This document shows, piece after piece, positions 56,442-64,000 of a stretch of 64,000 bases of DNA; position 1 is the first letter of the stretch; the number at the start of each line of letters is the position of its first letter. The notes beneath the pieces are model-generated. The model did no database searches, was not told where the DNA came from, and saw only the letters and a list, made by a program, of their open reading frames with translations. Position numbers and translations under genes: made by a program. Source of the DNA: Clostridia bacterium (lineage in GTDB: Bacteria > Bacillota > Clostridia > TANB77 > CAG-508); the NCBI GenBank assembly GCA_900754085.1, contig CAAEBO010000057.1, positions 7,578 through 71,577 of the forward strand, in the 5' to 3' direction.

Positions 56442-57461
56442 ATGGGAAATAAAGATGAAAATGGAAAAATTAGTCTTTGGGAAAAGTCAAAATTAGGGAA
56501 AAAAACGAAATATTATAAAATACACACATGGCTTAGTAGACTAGCTTCACTTATAATTTTAATCGTTTTACTAGTATTAGGAAAAAACTATTGGGAAACA
56601 CACGATTACAACAACTATATAGAAAATACATTAGGAAATAAGATTCAAGATGATGTTATAATAAATGATATAGAAAAAACAAATACAATAGAAACAGAAG
56701 CGGTAGCAGATGGAAATCTTAGAGTGTATTATATAGATGTAGGACAAGCAGATAGTACATTAGTTATAGATAAAGATAAAACCATGCTAATAGATGCAGG
56801 AACAAATGAAGCTGGAGATACTGTAGTAAAATTTTTAAAGGATAAAGGAATAACTAAAATAGATTACTTAATAGGAACACATCCTCATGAAGATCACATT
56901 GGTGGGCTAGATGATGTTATAAATAATTTTGACATTGGAGCAATTTATATGCCAAAAATGCAGACTACAACAAAAACTTTTGAAGATGTTTTAGACAGCA
57001 TTGCAAATAAAAATTTACAAGTTACAACTCCAGTTGTTGGAGATACATTTAAATTAACAAATGCCAATTGTACGATAATGGCTACAGATACAGAAGACAC
57101 AAAAGATAATATAAATTTATCTTCTATTGTTCTAAGAATGACTTATGGAGGAAATAGTTTCTTATTTATGGGAGATGCAGAAGCAGAAGTAGAGGAAAGT
57201 AGAACATGGCAACCAGCAGATGTATTAAAAGTTGGACATCATGGCTCAAGAACATCTTCTACACAAAACTTTATTCTTCAAGTAATGCCATCTATATCAG
57301 TTATACCAGTAGGAAAAGATAATTCATACAATTTGCCAAATAAAGAAACATTAGAAAAACTAAGTTCTGTAGGGTCAAAGATTTATAGAACAGATGAAGA
57401 CGGTAATATTCTTGTTGTAAGTGATGGCTCTAATATAAAAGTGGAAACAAAAGTAAAATAG
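56442..57461 (+). CDS. Membrane-anchored MBL-fold hydrolase (ComEC C-terminal-domain-like)
   Basis: VYYIDVGQADS, GTHPHEDHIGG, VGHHGS. Confidence 0.8.
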   Translation: MGNKDENGKISLWEKSKLGKKTKYYKIHTWLSRLASLIILIVLLVLGKNYWETHDYNNYIENTLGNKIQDDVIINDIEKTNTIETEAVADGNLRVYYIDVGQADSTLVIDKDKTMLIDAGTNEAGDTVVKFLKDKGITKIDYLIGTHPHEDHIGGLDDVINNFDIGAIYMPKMQTTTKTFEDVLDSIANKNLQVTTPVVGDTFKLTNANCTIMATDTEDTKDNINLSSIVLRMTYGGNSFLFMGDAEAEVEESRTWQPADVLKVGHHGSRTSSTQNFILQVMPSISVIPVGKDNSYNLPNKETLEKLSSVGSKIYRTDEDGNILVVSDGSNIKVETKVK

Positions 57462-57473
57462 AAGGAGAAAGAA

Positions 57474-58937
57474 ATGAAAGAATTTATAAAAAAGCATTTA
57501 AATAAATTAAACATAGGGCTTATTGTATTAATTGCAATAGCACCTATGCTTCTATGCTTTAATGATAGTTTATGGTTTGACGAGGCATATTCTGTAGGAA
57601 TTGCAAGACAGCCATTGGGGAATTTATTAATTTCTACAATTAATGATGTTCACCCAATATTGTATTATGTATTACTTAAATTATATTCATTAGTGTTTGG
57701 AACTAGTGTAATAGCACTAAGAATATTTTCGGTAATTCCAATAATTTTATTAGCTATATTTTCATTTGTAAAAATAAGAAAAGAATTTGGAGAAAAAGTA
57801 AGTTTTTATTTTAACTTAGTTCTTTTATTATTACCAGTTACAATTCATTATGGTTCGCAAATAAGAATGTATAGTTTAGCAATGCTTTTTGTTACAATTA
57901 CAGCAGTATATGCATACTTAGCTTATAAAAATAACAAGAAAAAGGATTGGATAATATTTGCAATAGTAAGTGTTTGTAGTGCGTATACACATTATTTTGC
58001 ATTATTTACTATTGGAATTATAAATATTTTATTACTTTTCTTTATAATAAGAGAAAGAAAAGAACTTTTAAAAAGATGGTTTATATATGGTGCTATACAA
58101 ATAGTTTGTTATTTACCAGGAGCGCTAATATTCTTTATGCAATCATCTAGAGTAGCAAATGGATTCTGGATAAGTGTACAATACCCAGATATTATAACTC
58201 AAATTATAGAATTTTTCTTTTTAGATAGCATTAATTCTGGCTTGCCAGCTGTATTTGGTGTATTTATAGTAGTATATATGATTTTAAGAGTACATAAATT
58301 ATATTTGGAAGATAAAAAGAAAATAAGACCAGTTACAATAGCATTAACTACTTGCGGATTAGTAATACTTGTAACATTATTAATTTCTTTTGTAAGAGCA
58401 GTATTTATACCAAGATATATGTTACCAATGCTAGGACTATTTATATTTGCGCTAGCATATGTATTATCTGTCGAAAAAAGTCGAATTGTAAAAATAATAA
58501 TATGTACAGGGTTAATAGGATTAAGTATTTGGAATGGGACTACATTATGGAACAAGTCTTATTCTGAAGAAAATAGCAAACCTATAGATGCAATTAAAGC
58601 AGAAATACAAGAGAATGACATTTTTGTATATACAACAATTGGGCCTAGTAGTTCTGTTGCTATAGAATTTGATAATAATAAACAATATTTTTATAATAAA
58701 GATAATTGGACTGTAGAAAAGGCTTATGGAGCTTTTGCACCACAAATGAAAGTTATAAATAACTTAGAAGAGATTGAAAATTATGCTGGTAGGATTTGGG
58801 TAATAGATGCTGCAGATTCAAATATGTATGATTATATTAACGAAATGGAAGGAACAAATATTATAAAAAATAAAGAAGAATATAGTCATCCATTTAGCGG
58901 TGATAAATTTATAATATCATTATTTGAAAAAAAATAA
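57474..58937 (+). CDS. GT-C family membrane glycosyltransferase (ArnT/PMT_2-like)
   Basis: Polytopic. DEAYSV motif in the first loop. Confidence 0.6.
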   Translation: MKEFIKKHLNKLNIGLIVLIAIAPMLLCFNDSLWFDEAYSVGIARQPLGNLLISTINDVHPILYYVLLKLYSLVFGTSVIALRIFSVIPIILLAIFSFVKIRKEFGEKVSFYFNLVLLLLPVTIHYGSQIRMYSLAMLFVTITAVYAYLAYKNNKKKDWIIFAIVSVCSAYTHYFALFTIGIINILLLFFIIRERKELLKRWFIYGAIQIVCYLPGALIFFMQSSRVANGFWISVQYPDIITQIIEFFFLDSINSGLPAVFGVFIVVYMILRVHKLYLEDKKKIRPVTIALTTCGLVILVTLLISFVRAVFIPRYMLPMLGLFIFALAYVLSVEKSRIVKIIICTGLIGLSIWNGTTLWNKSYSEENSKPIDAIKAEIQENDIFVYTTIGPSSSVAIEFDNNKQYFYNKDNWTVEKAYGAFAPQMKVINNLEEIENYAGRIWVIDAADSNMYDYINEMEGTNIIKNKEEYSHPFSGDKFIISLFEKK

Positions 58938-59017
58938 AAAAAATTTAATTGTACGACAAGTTTCGACAAAAAATATCGACACTATATGCTATAATTTGTA
59001 TATAGGAGGGATGCGAT

Positions 59018-59179
59018 ATGGATGTTTCTTTAAAAATTCAAAAACATAGAGCGAAATTAGAACAAATGATTTTAGACAAAGAGGACTATAATGATATTGT
59101 GAGGCAAAGCCAAAAATTGGATAAATACATAAATATCGCAATGGAACAAATGATGTCGAAATCAAGAAGTAATAACTAA
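59018..59179 (+). CDS. Spo0E-family sporulation regulatory (aspartyl-phosphate phosphatase-like) protein, 53 aa
   Basis: MDVSLKIQKHRAKLEQMILDKEDYNDIVRQSQKLDKYINIAM contains the SQxLDxxI signature. AGGAGGG Shine-Dalgarno 7 nt upstream. Not in the ORF track. Confidence 0.65.
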   Translation: MDVSLKIQKHRAKLEQMILDKEDYNDIVRQSQKLDKYINIAMEQMMSKSRSNN

Positions 59180-59208
59180 AAGCACTATTCTATAGAATAG
59201 TGCTTTTA
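59178..59208 (+). terminator. Terminator after the Spo0E-like gene
   Basis: AAAGCACTATTCTA / TAGAATAGTGCTTT palindrome. Confidence 0.7.
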
Positions 59209-59313
59209 GTTAAATCATTAACAAATTAGAAAATTAACTAATAATATGATTGACATTATAAAGAATAAGAAATAAAATAAGAAAGAAAATGAATTTAAGG
59301 AAGGTGATTTTTT

Positions 59314-60243
59314 ATGCCATTTGTAACAACAAAGGAAATGTTTGAAAAATCTATGAAGGAGAAATTTGCAATAGGTGCATTTAATATTAATAATATGGAG
59401 TTTGTACAAGCAATAATGGATGCAGCAGCTAAAGAAAATTCACCAGTTATATTACAAACTTCAGCAAGTGCTATAAAATATGCAAGAATACCATATTTAA
59501 AGAAAATGATAGAAGCAGGTCTAGAAGAACATGATATTCCAGTAGCATTACATTTAGACCATGGTCCAGACTTCGAAACTTGTAAGATGTGTGTAGACAA
59601 TGGTTATACATCAATAATGTTTGATGGTTCAAAATACGACTTTGAAACAAATATTAAATTAACAAAAGAGGTTGTAGACTATGCACATGCACATGGTGTA
59701 GTAGTAGAAGCAGAACTTGGAAAATTAGCAGGAATTGAAGATGATGTTAATGTTTCAGCAGAAGATGCAATGTATACAGACCCAGAAGAAGCAAAAGAAT
59801 TCGTAGAAAGAACAGGTTGCGATTCTTTAGCAATAGCAATTGGAACAAGCCATGGAGCTTACAAATTTAAAGGTGAAGCAAAATTAAGATTTGATATTTT
59901 AGCTAAAATAAAAGAAAAAATACCAAATACTCCAATAGTATTACATGGAGCTTCAACAGTTATACCAGAACTTGTAGAAACTTGTAACAAATATGGAGCA
60001 GACTTACCAGGAGCAAAAGGTGTTCCAGATGAAATATTACACGAAGCAAGTACTTTAGGAGTATCAAAAATAAATGTAGATACAGACTTAAGATTAGCAA
60101 TGACAGCAGGAATAAGAGAAACATTTGTAGAAAGTCCAAATGTATTTGATCCAAGAAAATACATGGGAAAAGGAAGAGACCTAATAGAAGAAACAGTAGC
60201 ACATAAAATAAGAGAAGTATTTGGATCAAGCAACAAAGCATAA
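59314..60243 (+). CDS. fba: Class II fructose-bisphosphate aldolase
   Basis: FAIGAFNINNMEF, LHLDHG, GTSHGAYKF, LHGAS. Confidence 0.95.
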   Translation: MPFVTTKEMFEKSMKEKFAIGAFNINNMEFVQAIMDAAAKENSPVILQTSASAIKYARIPYLKKMIEAGLEEHDIPVALHLDHGPDFETCKMCVDNGYTSIMFDGSKYDFETNIKLTKEVVDYAHAHGVVVEAELGKLAGIEDDVNVSAEDAMYTDPEEAKEFVERTGCDSLAIAIGTSHGAYKFKGEAKLRFDILAKIKEKIPNTPIVLHGASTVIPELVETCNKYGADLPGAKGVPDEILHEASTLGVSKINVDTDLRLAMTAGIRETFVESPNVFDPRKYMGKGRDLIEETVAHKIREVFGSSNKA

Positions 60244-60245
60244 AA

Positions 60246-60273
60246 GGGATCGGGGGACGGTCCTTAAAATCCC
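60246..60273 (+). repeat. Palindromic dispersed repeat, copy D
   Basis: GGGATCGGGGGACGGTCCTTAAAATCCC, starting 3 nt after the fba stop codon. Confidence 0.85.
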
Positions 60274-60301
60274 TCCTTTATATTTATAAAGGAGGGATTT
60301 T
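60266..60301. terminator. Bidirectional terminator between fba and the peroxiredoxin gene; it shares its 5' arm with repeat copy D
   Basis: AAAATCCCTCCTTTATA ttt? no: AAAATCCCTCCTTTATA / TATAAAGGAGGGATTTT, a perfect long stem. Confidence 0.75.
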
Positions 60302-60349
60302 GTATGTTAATCGAGCAAATTTTAATATGATAAGTAGTTTACTATTAAA

Positions 60350-61027
60350 TTATTTATCTAATTTTTTGTTTTCAGAATTTTTAAAGCTTAAATACCAGGT
60401 CATACCATTTTTATTTTTATTAAGGCTATCATTTCTTTGGCAAAGTGAATTAAAAGTTCTTGGGGAAGGAGCAATCATTGGATTACCCGGAACCCAATTA
60501 GCTGGTGTCATACACTTATTTTGGTCAGCATATTGCAGTGCAGTTACAGTTCTTAATATTTCTGGTATATATCTACCTATATTCATAGGATAAATAAAAA
60601 TACTTCTAATAATTCCATTATTGTCAATTATAAAAACATTTCTTACAGTTTCTGTAGAACTTATATCATTAGAAATCATACCATATTTTCTAGAAATAAT
60701 ACCGCTTTGATCTGCTATAATTGGAAAATTTACAATAAGACCTGTTTTTAAATAAATATCATACAACCATGCTAAATGGGAATTTAATCCATCTACGCTT
60801 ATACCAATAAGTTCAGTATTTATTTTCTTAAAATATGTATCTGCTTTAGCAAAGCCAATTATTTCAGTTGTACAAACTGGGGTAAAATCACCAGGATGCG
60901 AAAAAAATACTACCCATTTGCCCTTATAAGTAGAAAGAGAAATATCACCAGTAGTAGAAACAGCATTAAAATCTGGAGCTTCCATACCAATTTTTAAGTT
61001 ATTATTCATCATTATTTCATAATCCAT
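60350..61027 (-). CDS. Peroxiredoxin (Prx6/1-Cys-like, AhpC/TSA family)
   Basis: IGMEAPDF and FFSHPGDFTPVCTTE. AAGGAG Shine-Dalgarno 8 nt before the ATG at 61027; the ORF-track start 61069 is less likely. Confidence 0.9.
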   Translation of the reverse strand: MDYEIMMNNNLKIGMEAPDFNAVSTTGDISLSTYKGKWVVFFSHPGDFTPVCTTEIIGFAKADTYFKKINTELIGISVDGLNSHLAWLYDIYLKTGLIVNFPIIADQSGIISRKYGMISNDISSTETVRNVFIIDNNGIIRSIFIYPMNIGRYIPEILRTVTALQYADQNKCMTPANWVPGNPMIAPSPRTFNSLCQRNDSLNKNKNGMTWYLSFKNSENKKLDK

Positions 61028-61150
61028 AAAAATATACTCCTTTATATTTTTATTAATAGTATATGGCATAAAAAAATTTTTGTTAATAAAATTCTAATTA
61101 GAATAAAAAGGATATATACGTTAATAATAAAAATATGGAGGTATGATAAT

Positions 61151-61318
61151 ATGGAATATAACCAAAAGATACATTGCTCGGTTGGTAGTTGCAAATATAA
61201 TGATATAACAGTACAAGAATGTAAATTAAAAGCTATAAATGTTATGCCAAATACAAATGTAAATACAGGAACTGAAAAAGAAACAATGTGTGTAAGTTAC
61301 AAAAAGACTAATAAATAA
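61151..61318 (+). CDS. DUF1540-like small Cys-rich protein (55 aa)
   Basis: MEYNQKIHCSVGSCKYNDITVQECKLKAINV...TMCVSYKK. GGAGG Shine-Dalgarno 9 nt upstream. Not in the ORF track. Confidence 0.6.
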   Translation: MEYNQKIHCSVGSCKYNDITVQECKLKAINVMPNTNVNTGTEKETMCVSYKKTNK

Positions 61319-61323
61319 AAAAT

Positions 61324-61362
61324 ATACCAAAGGTTTTCTAATTATGAGAAAATCTTTGGTAT
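61324..61362. terminator. Bidirectional terminator (DUF1540 gene / smpB)
   Basis: ATACCAAAGGTTTTCT / AGAAAATCTTTGGTAT, a 16-bp stem with a 7-nt loop. Confidence 0.8.
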
Positions 61363-61410
61363 ATCATACTATTTTAAGATTATTACAAACTGCTAAAGAG
61401 TATTACAAAT

Positions 61411-61866
61411 TTATAAGTTTTTTTCGCTTAAACTCTTTAATATTTGTTTATTAGCGTCTTTCTTTTTTAAATCTTCTCTTTTATCATACAATTTCTTACC
61501 CTTAGCAAGCCCAAGTTCTAATTTTACTAAACTACCTTTAAAATAAATACTTAAAGGAATTAAAGCATAGCCTTTTTGTTTTAATAGCCCATATAGTTTT
61601 AAAATTTCTTTTTTATGTAGTAAAAGTTTTTTCGGTCTTAAAGGATCTTTATTATATATGTTGCCATGTTCATAAGGACTTATGTGTAAATTATATACAT
61701 AACATTCAGAGTTAGAAATACTAGCATAACTATCTTTTAAATTAACTTTTCCAAGCCTAATAGATTTAATTTCTGTACCAGATAATACAATTCCAGTTTC
61801 ATAAGTATCTAATATTTCATAATTATGTTTGGCTGTTGGATTTTTAGCAATTAATTTTGTATTCAT
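61411..61866 (-). CDS. smpB: SsrA-binding protein
   Basis: [32 protein letters not shown] ... LLLHKKEI ... GKKLYDKRE. Confidence 0.95.
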   Translation of the reverse strand: MNTKLIAKNPTAKHNYEILDTYETGIVLSGTEIKSIRLGKVNLKDSYASISNSECYVYNLHISPYEHGNIYNKDPLRPKKLLLHKKEILKLYGLLKQKGYALIPLSIYFKGSLVKLELGLAKGKKLYDKREDLKKKDANKQILKSLSEKNL

Positions 61867-62000
61867 AAAATTACCTCTCTTATTTTTGTTATTTTATTAT
61901 AACATGAAAATAAAAAAAGTAAAGATTAAGCTGTTACCAGATAAGTAACAGCTTATAATTAGGATGAGTATAGTTTAATTAAAGTATTCCTTATAAAAAA

Positions 62001-62435
62001 TTATTCATTATGATTTCTTTTTACTAAATACCATACAAGAAAAGCAATACCTAATGTAACAGCAACAACTATAATCCAAGACCAAACAGTACCATTAGAA
62101 AAAGCGGAATTTGTTGCAACTGTAGCAGTTCTTGTTGCATTATATGCACCATCTTTTACATCTTCTGTAGCTTCACCAATACCATTTTTAAAATCTTTTG
62201 CTTGTTCATTAGTTTTTGTAACTATATTACTAGACATATCTTTCATTGAATTAGAAATATTCTTTACAGTATTAGAAGCATCTTGCATAACATTTTCTGT
62301 ATGTCCAACACCATTTTTAGTAGATTCAGCAGCTTTAGGAAGCATATCATTATTAGCGAAAGAATTACCAGTTATAAAAAATATTATTACAGCAGAAAAT
62401 ATAACAAAAGAAATCTTCTTAGCTAGATTAGCCAT
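62001..62435 (-). CDS. Hypothetical secreted/membrane-anchored protein (signal peptide and C-terminal TM helix)
   Basis: N-terminal FVIFSAVIIFFITGNSFA, C-terminal WSWIIVVAVTLGIAFLVWYLV, polar Asn/Thr/Lys-rich middle. Confidence 0.55.
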   Translation of the reverse strand: MANLAKKISFVIFSAVIIFFITGNSFANNDMLPKAAESTKNGVGHTENVMQDASNTVKNISNSMKDMSSNIVTKTNEQAKDFKNGIGEATEDVKDGAYNATRTATVATNSAFSNGTVWSWIIVVAVTLGIAFLVWYLVKRNHNE

Positions 62436-62552
62436 AATTTACCTCCTGCTAAAGTTTGAAATATTATTAAAATATCTCTTTATTATTTTTAGAAAATTAA
62501 TAAAAAATATACAAAAAAAATAAACCAATCTAACTAAAGATTGGTAAAAAAA

Positions 62553-62843
62553 TTAATGTTTTAATCTAATTAATATAGCAATACTTAATAATATAAGAAG
62601 TATTCCAATTACAATTAACAAAATATTTAAAATATTAGAAATATCTAAACCACCAGAAGCTGAAGTAGAAGAATAATTTGTTGGTGCTGGTGGAGCATAA
62701 GTATCTTCTGTAGCTACAGTATTAGATGTTTCATTTGATGTAAGATTCATGTCTATATCATCCACTGCAAAAACAGAGGAAATATTTACAAAAAATAAAC
62801 TTAAAATTATTATTGGTATGATTAATAAAAATTTTTTTATCAT
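62553..62843 (-). CDS. Small hypothetical protein with a signal peptide and C-terminal TM helix
   Basis: LLIIPIIILSLFFVNISSVFA ... ILNILLIVIGILLILLSIAILI. Confidence 0.5.
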   Translation of the reverse strand: MIKKFLLIIPIIILSLFFVNISSVFAVDDIDMNLTSNETSNTVATEDTYAPPAPTNYSSTSASGGLDISNILNILLIVIGILLILLSIAILIRLKH

Positions 62844-63003
62844 ATGTTAAAACCTCCTAAAAATGTCCTTATTCATATTATCTATTTTATACATAACAAT
62901 CATACACAAAAATACAAAAAAAGTCCATACAAAACAAAAAAAAATTAAAAAAATATTGACATTATAAAATCTTAAATATATCTTAAAGGCAAGGAGTGAT
63001 AGT

Positions 63004-64000
63004 ATGGATGAATATATGAAACAATTAATTGAAAGTAAAGAATTTGAAGTATATAAAAAGTTAGATAAAGCAACACTAAAAATAATGCTAATGTATTTAA
63101 GATTGAACTTAATAGAAATATATCAACAAGATGCAAACGAAAAAAGTAACAATCAAATTAAATATGCTGTTATAAGAAGTTGCGTTCCATCAGATTATAA
63201 TTATTTAGAACTTTTAATGGATTGCAATTACAGAATTAATTTAAATCTTGCAAGAAATGTTTTTATAGATAAACTTGGTGAAAAAAAGAATAAATGCCAA
63301 AATTGTAATATAGAATATTGTATAAAATATTTATTAAGAAATTTTTTATGTGAAATATTAAAGATACAAAATAGAGATAAAACTGTAATAAATGCCCAAA
63401 AATTAATAAATCTTTTCATAAACGAAAAAGATAATATTAATTTAAATGACACAGTAAAAGTTGAATTTGACAATATAGATATAATTTCTTTAATGTTTGT
63501 GGAAATAATTTTAAAGAATAAATTTATACAATTAATAGATTATAACGAAGAAACAAAAATAGCTAAATTTAATGTATTAAACTTAGTAAATTTAGAAAAT
63601 TATACATATTATATTAATAAAATACATCAATATTATTCTGGGAACTATAAGAATGAAATAGAACTGAATATAAAGGAATTTGAAAAAAACAACAATATTA
63701 CAGATGTTACAGATTATAAGTATATTTATAATTTAGCTTCATATTATACATTTTTAATAGAAAATAAAAAAATAGATGTTATAAAACAATTAGAAAAATA
63801 TATATTGCAAAGAAATAAAGATAAAATTAGCAATAGAGGAAAGTTATTTAATAGAATATATTTAGAACGTGTAGAAAAGTTATCTTGTAATAAAGAAACA
63901 AAAAACAAAATAAAAAAATTATTTAATTATGTTTTAAATTATAATTATGCAGCATCAACGCCTTTTATACCTATTAATATAGTAATGTATACAGAAGACA
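63004..64000 (+). CDS. Hypothetical protein; the 3' end is outside the window
   Basis: I translated 332 codons from ATG 63004 by hand and found no stop, in DNA that is extremely AT-rich. GGAG Shine-Dalgarno. It is not in the ORF track because it has no stop within the window. Confidence 0.65.
   Translation, partial: MDEYMKQLIESKEFEVYKKLDKATLKIMLMYLRLNLIEIYQQDANEKSNNQIKYAVIRSCVPSDYNYLELLMDCNYRINLNLARNVFIDKLGEKKNKCQNCNIEYCIKYLLRNFLCEILKIQNRDKTVINAQKLINLFINEKDNINLNDTVKVEFDNIDIISLMFVEIILKNKFIQLIDYNEETKIAKFNVLNLVNLENYTYYINKIHQYYSGNYKNEIELNIKEFEKNNNITDVTDYKYIYNLASYYTFLIENKKIDVIKQLEKYILQRNKDKISNRGKLFNRIYLERVEKLSCNKETKNKIKKLFNYVLNYNYAASTPFIPINIVMYTED

Noticed and set aside
39674-60273. The 28-29 nt palindromic repeats as a CRISPR array
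   Set aside because: The copies are 2-8 kb apart, occur in both orientations, sit at gene ends, and no cas genes are present. That does not fit a repeat-spacer array.
61070-61410. tmRNA (ssrA) expected next to smpB
   Set aside because: The flanks of smpB contain only a small DUF1540-like ORF and a bidirectional terminator. There is no ~350-nt region with a tRNA-like acceptor or T-arm, so ssrA must be elsewhere.

Overview
Very AT-rich, Clostridium-like Firmicute chromosome segment (spore-former markers: Spo0E-like and DUF1540 genes); nearly all genes are on the + strand. Two parts. (1) About 1.56-25.8 kb is an integrated ~24 kb mobile element. It carries a frameshifted parA, a parB-like gene, an LPXTG-type surface adhesin with a putative thioester domain and tandem Ig-like repeats, and a 2320-aa polyvalent protein (ArdC-like N-terminus, N6-adenine DNA methyltransferase, SNF2 helicase). 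It also has an Erm/KsgA-family rRNA methyltransferase, an ANT(6) aminoglycoside nucleotidyltransferase, an XRE/sigma-like regulatory module and two tandem large serine recombinases at the right end. I see no relaxase, coupling protein or type IV secretion genes. (2) About 26-64 kb is core chromosome: ddh, an ABC-F ATPase, two GtrII-like membrane proteins, polA, galE, a VanY-like peptidase, an ABC exporter pair, asp23, a small alarmone synthetase, a P-type ATPase, nadD, plsC, argS, glmM, metG, fba, a peroxiredoxin and smpB. The most unusual signals are as follows. (a) A TnpV-like ORF with its own Shine-Dalgarno lies out of frame inside the linker of the polyvalent protein gene, a candidate dual-coding region. 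(b) A 28-29 nt hairpin repeat with a conserved loop occurs five times in the core part, and two copies rewrite the 3' ends of ORFs. (c) A ~750 nt regulatory leader in the element contains a palindromic operator, a 15-codon leader ORF overlapping a terminator, and a perfect anti-SD hairpin in front of the sigma-like gene. (d) A structured ~360 nt non-coding region lies upstream of the recombination module. All family assignments come from reading the translations and from memory of motifs; no searches were run.
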